Shown here piece after piece: positions 18,945-28,644 of a DNA stretch of 64,000 nt. The stretch is taken from assembly GCA_017458185.1 (NCBI GenBank), contig JAFTFY010000008.1, positions 12,315-76,314 on the forward strand, in the 5' to 3' direction. The notes under the pieces were generated by a model. The model did not search any database, was not told the origin of the DNA, and saw only the letters and a list, made by a program, of their open reading frames with translations. The stretch is from Neisseriaceae bacterium (GTDB lineage Bacteria > Pseudomonadota > Gammaproteobacteria > Burkholderiales > Neisseriaceae). Every line of letters starts with the position of its first letter. Positions within the stretch are counted from its first letter, which is position 1. Position numbers and translations under genes: made by a program.

Positions 18945-19403
18945 TTAACGGCGTGGTGGGCGTGGTGGTGGTGGGCGATGATAGACGCGTGGGCGGTGAT
19001 GATAATAAAACGGGTCGTGCCAATGCCCCCACAGCCACAAATCGTGTTCGTAATAGTCTGCACGCCGTTCGGCGGCTTCTAATCGCCGTTGATTGATATA
19101 ATTTTCCCACGCCAATTTATAGCAATTATAAAATAACGGCTGGTTAATTTTTTCTTTATATTGTTGATTTAATTCAGAAAACTGTTCAGTATTTGCGTCT
19201 TCACCTTGTTCTTTTAGGCTGTCTATTTGCTGCATTAAATCAGCCACTTGCGGGTCGCATTGCCGTGCTAAATCAATTTCCAATGCCCTTTGAGCCTTTT
19301 GCCGCTCCGCTTCCCGCCGAGCCTGCTCTTCGGGCGAAGTGGCACAGGCGGTCATCAACAAAATCGCCGATAAACATACGGTTATTTTTTTGAAATGTGT
19401 CAT
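18945..19403 (-). CDS. hypothetical lipoprotein with a His/Pro/Arg-rich C-terminal tail
   Basis: The start was set at 19403 (AGGA RBS). The lipobox is LLMTAC. A coiled-coil-like middle region is followed by the tail HHRPRVYHRPPPPRPPRR. Confidence 0.6.
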   Translation of the reverse strand: MTHFKKITVCLSAILLMTACATSPEEQARREAERQKAQRALEIDLARQCDPQVADLMQQIDSLKEQGEDANTEQFSELNQQYKEKINQPLFYNCYKLAWENYINQRRLEAAERRADYYEHDLWLWGHWHDPFYYHHRPRVYHRPPPPRPPRR

Positions 19404-19418
19404 TGTTTTTCCTTTCAA

Positions 19419-19628
19419 TTAAATGGGTTTCAGGCAGCCTGAAACATTAACCAAAATATTAAATAATTCAATATTGATATAATAATTTGTTTTACCTTTT
19501 TTAATTTTTCTTAATAATTCTCTTTGTGTTAATTCTTCTAAATATTTTGTAGCCGTTTGCTGTGTTTTATTTAATTCTTTGGCGGTAAATTCAATTTTTG
19601 TATAAGGATATTTGTTAATAGAATACAT
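19419..19628 (-). CDS. small winged-helix DNA-binding protein, or a remnant of the C-terminal wHTH of a Fic-type protein
   Basis: FTAKELNKTQQTATKYLEELTQRELLRKIKKGKTNYY is wHTH-like. The last residues (VSGCLKPI) are encoded by a DUS. Confidence 0.45.
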   Translation of the reverse strand: MYSINKYPYTKIEFTAKELNKTQQTATKYLEELTQRELLRKIKKGKTNYYINIELFNILVNVSGCLKPI

Positions 19629-19654
19629 AATAAATTCAATTAGTTAAGAGTTTC

Positions 19655-19725
19655 ATGTTAAAAAAATGCAATTTTTTTAACATATCCGTTTTTTCATGTT
19701 AAGAAAATACGATTTTTTTAACATG
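19655..19725. promoter_or_regulatory. two operator-like palindromes upstream of the small wHTH gene
   Basis: ATGTTAAAAAAAT-gca-ATTTTTTTAACAT lies at 19655-19683 and CATGTTAAGAAAAT-acg-ATTTTTTTAACATG at 19695-19725. Their centres are about 41 bp apart. Confidence 0.4.
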
Positions 19726-19808
19726 AAGTATATTAGCACATTGATTTTATTTGTGTTTTATTTTTACGCTGCCTGAAAGAAAATATTTCAGGCAGCCTGA
19801 AACTTCAA

Positions 19809-21080
19809 TCACCGATTTAACGCCTTATTACCAATATCACGCCGCATTTGCATGCCGTCAAATTTTATTTTTTCACAGGCGGCGTAAGCATTTTGGCGTG
19901 CGTTTGCAATGTTTTTGCCTAATGCGGTTACGCACAGCACGCGTCCGCCGTTGGTAACGGTTTTGCCGTCTTTATCAAGAACACCTGCGTAAAACACTTT
20001 GGCACCAGTTTTTTCGGCAGCGTCAATGCCCGAAATTTCATCGCCTTTTTTCACTTGTTCAGGGTAACCCGCTGCGGCTAAAACCACGCCAATGGCGGTT
20101 TCATCTTTCCATTTTGCACTAACGCTGTTCAGGCGTTCTTCAAGTGCCGCTTCAATCAATTCGGCAAAGTCGCTCGCCAATCGCATCATAATCGGTTGCG
20201 TTTCAGGGTCGCCAAAGCGGCAGTTAAATTCAACCGTATAAGGCGAGCCGTCAGGCGAAATCATCAAACCTGCATATAAAAAGCCCACAAACAGATTACC
20301 TTCTTTTGCCATACCACGAATAGTGGGCAGAATAATCTCGTCCATTGTGCGGCGTGCCACTTCGTCCGTTACCACAGGAGCAGGCGAATACGCACCCATG
20401 CCGCCTGTATTCAAACCCTTGTCCCCGTCTAACAAGCGTTTGTGGTCTTGACTGGTTGCCATCGGCAACACATTCACGCCATCGCTCATCACAATGAAAC
20501 TGGCTTCTTCGCCCGTCAAAAAGTCTTCAATCACCACTCTTGCCCCAGCGTCCCCCATTTTATTGTCTTTGAGCATCATATCAACCGCAGCATGTGCGTC
20601 CGCCATCGTTTCTGCCACAACCACGCCTTTGCCCGCCGCCAAACCGTCCGCTTTAATCACAATCGGAGCGGTTTTTTGATTAAGATATTCGTGAGCGTCA
20701 TCAGCGTTGTTAAAGGTTTGATACGCCGCCGTAGGAATATTGTGGCGAGCCATAAACGCTTTGGCAAAATCTTTGGAACTTTCTAACTGTGCCGCCTGGC
20801 GTGTTGGACCAAAAACCTTCAAACCCGCTGCCTGAAAATCATTCACCACGCCTGCGGCTAACGGTGCTTCGGGGCCAACAATCGTAAATGCAATATTTTC
20901 TTTTTGACAAAAGTCGATTAAATCCGCGTGTTTTGCTAACGCAATATTTTGAATTTTATGCTCTTTCGCCGTGCCGACATTGCCTGACGCAACAAACACT
21001 TGCGACACTTTTTTCGATTGCGACAACTTCCACGCCAAAGCATGCTCCCGTCCGCCTGTGCCGATGACCAAAACTTTCAT
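19809..21080 (-). CDS. purD: phosphoribosylamine--glycine ligase
   Basis: MKVLVIGTGGREHALAWKL and an ATP-grasp core give full-length colinearity with PurD. Confidence 0.96.
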   Translation of the reverse strand: MKVLVIGTGGREHALAWKLSQSKKVSQVFVASGNVGTAKEHKIQNIALAKHADLIDFCQKENIAFTIVGPEAPLAAGVVNDFQAAGLKVFGPTRQAAQLESSKDFAKAFMARHNIPTAAYQTFNNADDAHEYLNQKTAPIVIKADGLAAGKGVVVAETMADAHAAVDMMLKDNKMGDAGARVVIEDFLTGEEASFIVMSDGVNVLPMATSQDHKRLLDGDKGLNTGGMGAYSPAPVVTDEVARRTMDEIILPTIRGMAKEGNLFVGFLYAGLMISPDGSPYTVEFNCRFGDPETQPIMMRLASDFAELIEAALEERLNSVSAKWKDETAIGVVLAAAGYPEQVKKGDEISGIDAAEKTGAKVFYAGVLDKDGKTVTNGGRVLCVTALGKNIANARQNAYAACEKIKFDGMQMRRDIGNKALNR

Positions 21081-21163
21081 AATTATTTTCCTATATAAAA
21101 GGGGTTATTTTATCCTGTTTTGGCGTGTTTTCGATAGTTAAGATATTTTCAGGTAGCCTGAAA

Positions 21164-21388
21164 GCAGTTAGCAGTTAGCAATGAGCAATGAGCAATTTAA
21201 GTGTTTCGTTTTGCCTATCGGCAAAACAGTTTGTTTTTAGATAACGCTTCGATAAAACTTTCAGGCTGCCTGAAACGAAGTAGGGCGAATGAAGTGAAGT
21301 TAAAAGCAAAATCGAAGCGTTATCTTAAAATAATCCGTTTTGTCGTAAGACAAAACGAAATAATTGCTCACTGCTCATTGCTAATTGC
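21164..21388. repeat. heptamer-capped palindromic element, copy 2
   Basis: The caps are gcagtta gcagtta gcaatga gcaatga (21164-21198) and the inverted array at 21362-21388. A central DUS lies at 21260, flanked by agataacgcttcgat / atcgaagcgttatct. Confidence 0.8.
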
Positions 21389-21472
21389 ACAGCCTTTGCA
21401 CTGCACAATGTATTCTACCAAAATCGCATTATAATACGCACCTTTTACAACAAACATAATGGGAGTACTATC

Positions 21473-22993
21473 ATGAATAACATTCAACCCACTCGTGTTA
21501 AGAACACACAATTCATCAACAAGATTATGTCAGCCCGTGACGCTGCCGCTTTGATTCCTAACGGTGCTATGGTTGGTTTCAGTGGCTTTGTGGGTTCAGG
21601 CTGCCCTTTGGTTGTGCCTGTGGAAATTGCGAATCGTGCCAAAGAATTGCACGCCAAAGGTGAAGAGTATCAAATCAAAGCCTTATCGGGTGCTTCAACC
21701 GATATTAACTTGGACGGCGTTTTAGCCGAAGCCGATGCGGTGTCGTTCCGCTCGCCGTTTATTACCGACCGCAATATGCGGGGCAATATCAATACCAACA
21801 AAACGCAATATTTGGATATGCACTTATCCACTTTGGCACAACAAGTGGAAGCGGGTTTTTTTGGCAAATTGGATTTTGCGGTGATTGAAATTATTGGCGT
21901 AACAGAAGACGGCAAACTCATTCCATCGACTTCAATCGGCAATAATCAGGTGTGGCTAAATGTGGCGGATAAGGTGATTTTGGAAGTCAATCATTTTCAA
22001 CCTGAACAATTAGAAGGCGTGCATGATGTGGTAACGCTGGGCAAACCGCCGTATCGCGTGCCTTTGGAAATTAAAGATGTCCGCGACCGCATTGGCACGC
22101 CGTATATGACGGTTGATCCTGATAAAGTGGTTGCCGTGGTGATTACCGAAACCACTGACCGCGTGAATAAATTTACGCCTTTGGACGATATTTCCAAAGC
22201 GATTGGCGATAATGTGGTGCAATTCATTAAACAAGAAGAAGCTGCAGGACGCTTGCCCAAAGATAAGTTATTACCCCTGCAATCGGGCATTGGCAATGTG
22301 GCAAACGCCGTGTTGTCGGGCTTAAAACGCGCAGGTTACAAAGACTTGGTGTGCTATTCGGAAGTCATTCAAGACGGCTTGTTGGAATTACTCAAAGACG
22401 GCGTTGTGGAAATGGCTTCTGCTGCCAGTCTGTCGCTCACCCCCGAAGCAGGCGAAGAGTTCCGCAATAATGTGGATTTTTATCGCCAGCATATTGTGTT
22501 GCGTCCGCAAGAAATTTCTAACTCGCCCGAAGTCATTCGCCGCTTGGGTGTGATTGCCATGAACGGTATGTTGGAAGCGGATATTTACGGCAATGTTAAT
22601 TCCACAAATGTGATGGGTACGCAGATGATGAACGGCATTGGCGGCTCGGGCGACTTTGCCAGAAACGGACATTTGTCGATTTTCTTAACGCCATCAACCG
22701 CCAAAGACGGAGCGATTTCGTCCATCGTGCCGTTTGTGTCGCATGTTGATCATACTGAACACGATACAATGGTGATTGTAACCGAATACGGCTTTGCCGA
22801 CTTGCGTGGCAAATCGCCCAAACAGAGAGCGGCGGAAATGATTAAAATTGCACACCCCGATTATCGAGAAATGCTGCAAGACTACTTCGACCGAGCCTGT
22901 TCGCAACCCAAAGCAGGACAAACCCCACACATATTAAGCGAAGCCTTATCATGGCACGACCGCTTTAATAAAACAGGTACGATGAAGAAGTAA
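21473..22993 (+). CDS. acetyl-CoA hydrolase/transferase family protein (succinyl-CoA:acetate CoA-transferase-like)
   Basis: 506 aa, with GIGG.GDF and EYG.ADLRG motifs typical of Cat1/AarC-type CoA-transferases. Confidence 0.88.
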   Translation: MNNIQPTRVKNTQFINKIMSARDAAALIPNGAMVGFSGFVGSGCPLVVPVEIANRAKELHAKGEEYQIKALSGASTDINLDGVLAEADAVSFRSPFITDRNMRGNINTNKTQYLDMHLSTLAQQVEAGFFGKLDFAVIEIIGVTEDGKLIPSTSIGNNQVWLNVADKVILEVNHFQPEQLEGVHDVVTLGKPPYRVPLEIKDVRDRIGTPYMTVDPDKVVAVVITETTDRVNKFTPLDDISKAIGDNVVQFIKQEEAAGRLPKDKLLPLQSGIGNVANAVLSGLKRAGYKDLVCYSEVIQDGLLELLKDGVVEMASAASLSLTPEAGEEFRNNVDFYRQHIVLRPQEISNSPEVIRRLGVIAMNGMLEADIYGNVNSTNVMGTQMMNGIGGSGDFARNGHLSIFLTPSTAKDGAISSIVPFVSHVDHTEHDTMVIVTEYGFADLRGKSPKQRAAEMIKIAHPDYREMLQDYFDRACSQPKAGQTPHILSEALSWHDRFNKTGTMKK

Positions 22994-23012
22994 GCGTTTG
23001 GTTTGATTGAAG

Positions 23013-23047
23013 AAAAAACCTTTCAGGCTGCCTGAAAGGTTTTTTTG
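23013..23047 (+). terminator. Rho-independent terminator with a DUS at its centre
   Basis: aaaaaacctttcaggc-t-gcctgaaaggttttttt. Confidence 0.85.
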
Positions 23048-23330
23048 TTTTAACTTCACTGCGTTCGTTGAACTTCATTTCAGGTAGCCTGAAACGAAGT
23101 TCAATGAGCGAAAGCGAAGTTAAAAATATGTAATCTACTGAAATTATTTTGTTTTTTTATTGCCACACGGATTGGAAACGGCTAACGCCGTTTCTTAATA
23201 TTCTGTTTTATAAAAGAGATTGCGTTCAGCATAGTCAATCTGTGTGATATGTAAAAAATCTATGTTTTCAGGCAGCCTGAAAAAAACGGCTTATTTCTGC
23301 AATAAGCCGTTTTTTATGAATTTCAACTAC

Positions 23331-23621
23331 TTACAAATCCACTTCATCAAACAATTCAATCGCAATTTCACCATCGCACATGGCGGCGAGTTTGGGCAGA
23401 ATGCCTGTGAAGTGGGGCGTTGCACCGTGAAAATCTACGGCGGCTTGGTCTTTCCAGCATTCGATGACGGCAAATAGATTGGGGTTGTTGCGGCTGATAT
23501 TCATGGTGTAAAACACATTACCTTGCTCCGCACGGGATTTTTCCACTAATTCACGAGCAGTGGCTTTGAAGTCTGCCACTTTGTCAGCGGCAACGGGCAT
23601 TTTGGCGACAATTTTAATCAT
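23331..23621 (-). CDS. antibiotic-biosynthesis-monooxygenase (ABM) fold protein, YgiN-like
   Basis: 96 aa. The pattern is ferredoxin-like ABM (..FAVIECWKDQAAVDFH..). Confidence 0.8.
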   Translation of the reverse strand: MIKIVAKMPVAADKVADFKATARELVEKSRAEQGNVFYTMNISRNNPNLFAVIECWKDQAAVDFHGATPHFTGILPKLAAMCDGEIAIELFDEVDL

Positions 23622-23753
23622 TTTGAAAAGTCCTTTTTTGGGTTGAAAGCCTGCATTTTAATCATATCAAAAGATTTTTTCTCTGTTATCCGTCAAAAAA
23701 TGCTTTCAGAGACCCCTGCAAAACTCTTTGAAGAAACGAAATGTTAAAATTCC

Positions 23754-23859
23754 GTAGGGGCGACCCCGTGTGGTCGCCCGCAAAACGATTTGGTTTTCTT
23801 TTATAAAACAATAAATTACGAAACTTGATAAGCGGGCGACCACATGGGGTCGCCCCTAC
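23754..23859. repeat. inverted pair of REP-like hairpins (BIME-like)
   Basis: gtaggggcgaccccgtgtggtcgcccgc (23754-23781) and gcgggcgaccacatggggtcgcccctac (23832-23859) are in opposite orientation with a 50-bp spacer. Confidence 0.75.
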
Positions 23860-23970
23860 GGAGTGTTATCATTTTGTTTCTGATTGGGTTTTGCAGGAGT
23901 TTCTTTCAGGCTACCTGAAAAACTTAACTCGTCATTGCAAGCGTTTTTTAGGTTTTCAGGTTGCCTATGT

Positions 23971-24162
23971 CATCTACTGTAATCATTTTGTTTTTTTATT
24001 GCCACACGGATTTGGAAAACCTAACGGTTTTCCTTTAAATGAGCAATAGCCGTATATGTGCTTTGCCACTTACGAATATGCGTATTGCGAGCCGTGTGAA
24101 GTACGGCGTGGCAATCCTTTAAAGATTTTCCGTTAGGAAAATCGAATCCGTGTGGCATTGAA
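23971..24162. mobile_element. MITE-like element of the ATTGCCACACGGAT family, carrying an inserted CATTGCGAG hairpin module
   Basis: The termini are ttattgccacacggattt... and ...aatcgaatccgtgtggcattg. Other copies lie at about 14886-15013, 50451-50572 (inverted) and 23129-23204 (half). Confidence 0.7.
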
Positions 24163-24250
24163 AAAATCTATTCATTCAGGTAGCCTGAAACATTGTAAAA
24201 TACACGGTTTTTAATCTTTCAGGCAGCCTGAAAAATAATAGGATACTCAA

Positions 24251-25456
24251 ATGTCATACACAGCCCCCGATGAAAAAGGTTTTTTTGGTGAATTTGGCGG
24301 TTCGTTTGTGTCGGAAACGCTGGTTCGTGCATTAGATGAATTAAAAATCGCTTATGCCCAAGCGAAAAATGACTCTGCGTTTTGGGCAGAATTTCAGCGG
24401 GATTTGGCTTTGTATGTAGGCAGACCCACGCCTGTTTATTATGCAGAACGCTTATCGCAACACTTGAATGGTGCGAAAATTTATCTCAAACGCGAAGACT
24501 TAAATCACAGCGGTGCGCATAAAATCAATAATACCATCGGTCAGGCGTTGCTTGCCAAGAAAATGGGCAAAAAACGCGTGATTGCGGAAACGGGGGCAGG
24601 GCAGCACGGTGTGGCGTCTGCAACAGTTGCCGCTCGCTTTGGTATGCAATGTACGGTGTTTATGGGTGCAGATGATATTCTTCGCCAAGCACCGAATGTT
24701 TATCGTATGAAACTTTTGGGAGCGAAAGTGGTGGCAGTCGATAGCGGCTCACGCACCCTGAAAGACGCGATGAATGAAGCCTTGCGTGAGTGGGTGGCGT
24801 GCGTTGATGATACTTTTTATATTATCGGCACAGCGGCAGGGCCTGCTCCGTATCCTGAATTAGTGCGTGATTTTCAATGCGTCATCGGCAATGAATGTAA
24901 AACGCAAATGGCTGATTTAGTGGGCAAACAGCCTGATGTGGCAGTGGCGTGCGTGGGCGGCGGCTCAAACGCAATCGGTTTGTTTCACCCTTATATTGAA
25001 GAAAAATCGGTGCGTCTTGTGGGCGTGGAAGCAGGCGGCTTGGGCGTGGAAACGCTGGATAAACACGCCGCTCCGATTTCATCAAACAGCCCTGTGGGCG
25101 TTTTACACGGCTTTAAAAGTTATTTAATGCAGGACGAAAACGGGCAAGTTTCAGCCACACATTCAGTATCCGCAGGTTTGGATTATCCAGGTGTCGGCCC
25201 TGAACACGCTTATTTACATAAAATCGGCAGGGCAGAATATACCGCAATGAACGATGAAGCCGCCTTGTCCGCATTCCACGATTTATGCCGCTATGAAGGC
25301 ATTATCCCCGCATTAGAAAGCAGCCACGCTTTGGCGTGGGCAATTCAAAACGCCCCAAAAATGAGCAAGGATAAAATTATTTTGGTAAATTTATCGGGCA
25401 GGGGGGATAAGGATATTAACACTGTGGCAAAGTTGTCAGGGATTGAGTTAAGTTGA
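24251..25456 (+). CDS. trpB: tryptophan synthase beta chain
   Basis: HSGAHKINN is the PLP lysine motif and GGGSNAIG is also present. The protein is colinear with TrpB over its full length. No trpA is adjacent. Confidence 0.96.
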   Translation: MSYTAPDEKGFFGEFGGSFVSETLVRALDELKIAYAQAKNDSAFWAEFQRDLALYVGRPTPVYYAERLSQHLNGAKIYLKREDLNHSGAHKINNTIGQALLAKKMGKKRVIAETGAGQHGVASATVAARFGMQCTVFMGADDILRQAPNVYRMKLLGAKVVAVDSGSRTLKDAMNEALREWVACVDDTFYIIGTAAGPAPYPELVRDFQCVIGNECKTQMADLVGKQPDVAVACVGGGSNAIGLFHPYIEEKSVRLVGVEAGGLGVETLDKHAAPISSNSPVGVLHGFKSYLMQDENGQVSATHSVSAGLDYPGVGPEHAYLHKIGRAEYTAMNDEAALSAFHDLCRYEGIIPALESSHALAWAIQNAPKMSKDKIILVNLSGRGDKDINTVAKLSGIELS

Positions 25457-25550
25457 TTTTTGGCTTCGTCTAAATTGCGGTTTGATTGCTTTGCAATCCA
25501 TTGATTTACTTTGTAAATCAATGATTTTAGTCTGACGACTAAAATAAACC

Positions 25551-26513
25551 TTATTTTAAGGCTGCCTGAAAATGTTTTATTTGCCAGCAGCGGTGGATTT
25601 TTTTATTGCGAAAGTCAATCGGTACGGATTGTGCGGATATGTCTTTAATATTGTATTTTTCGCTGATTTCATTGGCTAATTTGAAGGTGCGTAAATTATT
25701 AGAAAAATACAAAACGCCATTTGGTGATAATAATTTCATTGCTTGTTTAATCAATAAAACATGGTCGCGTTGTATATCGAATGAGTTGGTCATTTTTTTG
25801 CTATTGGAAAATGACGGCGGGTCAATGACGATTAAGTCAAATTGTTTTTGCGTTTGTTGTATATATTCTAATACATTTTCTCGAATAATAATATGTTGTT
25901 TTGTATTGATATTATTGAGTTTGAAATTTCGTTTTGCCCACTCGCAATAGGCATTAGATAAATCCACTGTTTCACTATAAATTGCTCCGCCTTTTGCGGC
26001 ATAAACGGTGAAACTGCCTGTATAAGCAAATAAATTTAAAAAGCGTTTGCCCATCGCTTCGTTTTTAATTCGCAAACGGGTGTTTCTGTGGTCTAAAAAT
26101 AAACCTGTGTCTAAATATTTATCTAAATTCACCCAAAAGGGTATGCCGTTTTCGCTAACAATCAAATCTTCGCCTAAAATGCCTGTTTTTTGATATTGCT
26201 CATCGCCTTTTTGTTTTTGACGCACTTTATAATGCACTTTGTCTTGCGTGCAGTCGGTTGCCATACACACCGACAGCACGGCGTTTTGCCGCTCTTCGTC
26301 TGCTATGTTTTTATGCGGCGTGTGGTATTCGTAAATCACGCGGCTATCGCCATAAATATCCACTGCAAAAGGAAATTCGGGAATGTCTTTATCGTAAATG
26401 CGATAGGCATCAATATTTTGTTTTCGCATTAACTTACTGAAATGCTTGAAGTTTTTATTTAGGCGGTTGGTAAAAGCAATAAATCGTTCGTTCATTTTTG
26501 TTTGTTCGCTCAA
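25551..26513 (-). CDS. class I SAM-dependent (rRNA) methyltransferase, RlmK/RlmI C-terminal-like
   Basis: FLNLFAYTGSFTVYAAKGGA is the SAM motif and DLIVIDPPSFSNSKK is motif IV (DPPxF). Confidence 0.8.
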   Translation of the reverse strand: MSEQTKMNERFIAFTNRLNKNFKHFSKLMRKQNIDAYRIYDKDIPEFPFAVDIYGDSRVIYEYHTPHKNIADEERQNAVLSVCMATDCTQDKVHYKVRQKQKGDEQYQKTGILGEDLIVSENGIPFWVNLDKYLDTGLFLDHRNTRLRIKNEAMGKRFLNLFAYTGSFTVYAAKGGAIYSETVDLSNAYCEWAKRNFKLNNINTKQHIIIRENVLEYIQQTQKQFDLIVIDPPSFSNSKKMTNSFDIQRDHVLLIKQAMKLLSPNGVLYFSNNLRTFKLANEISEKYNIKDISAQSVPIDFRNKKIHRCWQIKHFQAALK

Positions 26514-26587
26514 ATTAGTGATAGTATTTAATTTTTTTCAGGCTGCCTGAAAGTACTATTTTACTCTGTCGCAGTAAGGAAAATGCA

Positions 26588-27223
26588 ATGAATTTACACA
26601 ATATTCGCCAAGATTATGCCAAACAAGAATTGTCGCTTGATGAGTGTGCGGCGTCGCCTATGACGCAGTTTCAGTTGTGGTTAAAACAAGCAATGGACGC
26701 ACAGGTGAGTGAGCCGACAGCGATGAGCGTGGCAACTGTGGATAGCACAGGCAAGCCGTCTTGTCGCATTGTTTTATTGAAAGAAGTGAATGACGAAGGC
26801 TTTGTTTTTTTTACAAATTATAAAAGCCACAAGGGTAGGGCGATGGAACATAATCCTGCGGTTGCCTTGACCTTTTTTTGGGCGGAATTAGAGCGGCAGG
26901 TGCGAGTGCAAGGCGTTGCCTATAAGTTAGACGAAAAAAAATCTGATGAATATTTTGCGTCTCGTCCTTATACCAGCCGTGTTGGGGCGTGGGCAAGTCA
27001 TCAAAGCGAGCCTTTGGCAAGCAAAGAAGCCCTGTTAGCCAAAGCGGCATTGATTGCCGCCAAACACCCCTTAAAAGTGCCGCGTCCGCCGCACTGGGGC
27101 GGTTACCTTGTTCGTCCTGAAATTATCGAATTTTGGCAAGGTCGCCCCAGCCGCTTGCACGATAGAATTTGCTATTCCCTGCATGAAAATGGAGCGTGGA
27201 AAAAAGTGCGATTGTCGCCGTAG
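26588..27223 (+). CDS. pdxH: pyridoxamine 5'-phosphate oxidase
   Basis: RIVLLKEV.., FFTNY.S.KG and the C-terminal [14 protein letters not shown] are PdxH signatures. Confidence 0.95.
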   Translation: MNLHNIRQDYAKQELSLDECAASPMTQFQLWLKQAMDAQVSEPTAMSVATVDSTGKPSCRIVLLKEVNDEGFVFFTNYKSHKGRAMEHNPAVALTFFWAELERQVRVQGVAYKLDEKKSDEYFASRPYTSRVGAWASHQSEPLASKEALLAKAALIAAKHPLKVPRPPHWGGYLVRPEIIEFWQGRPSRLHDRICYSLHENGAWKKVRLSP

Positions 27224-27307
27224 GGGAATGTTTTCAGGGGGCTTGAAAAATTTTTGCAATATCAAATAAATATACTATACATTATATTTAATTATATGTA
27301 TAGGTTA

Positions 27308-27337
27308 TTGACAAAGTTCTATGCAATATTTTACAAT
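27308..27337 (+). promoter_or_regulatory. candidate sigma70 promoter of the AT-rich two-gene cassette
   Basis: TTGACA-N18-TACAAT, about 200 nt upstream of the first cassette ORF. Confidence 0.4.
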
Positions 27338-27537
27338 GCCTTGTTTCAAAAAGTTCTTTATGTAACAAGTCAAGTAATCGTTTGCTTGTAAGTAAAGTTT
27401 TCGGTGCTTATAGTGTTGAGTTTCACTGTAAGACTTTTGTCGTGAATTTAAATGACATTATTACAATTAAAACTGTAAAAACTAACAGGTGTTAATTGTA
27501 GTTTCTTTGAATGCTTTTTAAGGTGAGGATGATTAAA

Positions 27538-27786
27538 ATGAGTGAAGTAAGCGATATGCTTAAAGAGTACGCTTCTGTTATTACAGGAATGTCGTACGAA
27601 GAGTTAGTTAATTTTTCCGAACTTGATAGCGATAGGAATGTGTTAGGTAAGGAGTTATCGTATTCAAATTTAGAAGATAAGAGAATATTAGCACGAGGTA
27701 ATCCATTGTTCACCCATAACGACAGAATGATAGGTCGTAAAGAAATAAATAAAAGATGGGAAAGTATTTGGAAAGAAGAGAATTAA
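27538..27786 (+). CDS. hypothetical small acidic protein (cassette gene 1)
   Basis: An ATG follows an AGGTGAGGA RBS at good spacing. 82 aa with no recognisable motif. Its TAA directly abuts the next ATG at 27787. Confidence 0.5.
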   Translation: MSEVSDMLKEYASVITGMSYEELVNFSELDSDRNVLGKELSYSNLEDKRILARGNPLFTHNDRMIGRKEINKRWESIWKEEN

Positions 27787-27836
27787 ATGGAAAAAACTAA
27801 ACTTCGTAGAATTTATCTTCGTAAACTTGTTCTCTT

Positions 27837-27844
27837 GGGGGGGG
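27837..27844 (+). repeat. homopolymeric G8 tract (candidate slipped-strand phase-variation site)
   Basis: cttggggggggatg is the only G/C run of 8 or more that I saw in the window. It lies between the coupled ATG at 27787 and the long ORF in a different frame. Confidence 0.85.
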
Positions 27845-28498
27845 ATGTATCGATTAAGGATTGTGCCCTTTATAACTTATGCTGAAGTTATTACTTCGGA
27901 ATATCCTTGGCAAGTTCAGATTGAAGTACGCAATGCTTGTACGCATTTATCTAGAAGTTGGTACTTTTTAAACAGTAGTTCAAAAGATGGTGAGAAGTTT
28001 TGTTTAGAAAATTTAAGACAGGCTGAAACACATTGTCAGAGAGCAATATTGGATTTATGTAAATTTAATTGTATTGCCGTTTATGATGAATATAAAGAGT
28101 ACAAAAAAGACATTCTTGATTATGTCAATCGGTGGTTGTGGCATCACAAGATTTCAGGAGGTGAATATGCGGCAGTTAGAGATACTATTTCGAAACTTCG
28201 AACAACTGCTGTTAGTTTGTATAGAGAGGCTAAAGCGAGAGAAGAATTGGAAGGTAGTAGAACTATACATTTGTATTGTGAAGCAACCAAAGCACATTGG
28301 GCGTTGTGGTCTTATTTGCAACAACATAAGGCACTGTTTGAAGATATAAAAGCAAATATTACAGACGGCGATGATGAAATAAAGCAGTATATTATGGGAG
28401 AAAAAAGGTATGGGAAATTAAAGTTTTGGGCGAGTATAGTGTTGAGTGCTGTGTTTGGTGCAGTGTTAGGATATTTGCTTAATAAATTTAATTTTTAG
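27845..28498 (+). CDS. hypothetical alpha-helical protein with an RNxxxH motif and a C-terminal TM anchor (cassette gene 2; coordinates are from the first in-frame ATG after the G-tract)
   Basis: The long ORF is AT-rich. It contains VRNACTH (Rx4H) and a C-terminal FWASIVLSAVFGAVLGYLL. With G7 instead of G8 the ORF would fuse to the ATG at 27787. Confidence 0.55.
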   Translation: MYRLRIVPFITYAEVITSEYPWQVQIEVRNACTHLSRSWYFLNSSSKDGEKFCLENLRQAETHCQRAILDLCKFNCIAVYDEYKEYKKDILDYVNRWLWHHKISGGEYAAVRDTISKLRTTAVSLYREAKAREELEGSRTIHLYCEATKAHWALWSYLQQHKALFEDIKANITDGDDEIKQYIMGEKRYGKLKFWASIVLSAVFGAVLGYLLNKFNF

Positions 28499-28644
28499 AG
28501 TGTTAAACAATACAATTATAAATGAAGCAAAAAATAAATGAAGCAAAAAGCCCCTTATCAAGGGGGCTTAAAATTTGCATATTTAAAAGATGATTATGTT
28601 TTTACTGATACAATCCATTGTCGAAAAACAATAGACAAAAAAAT

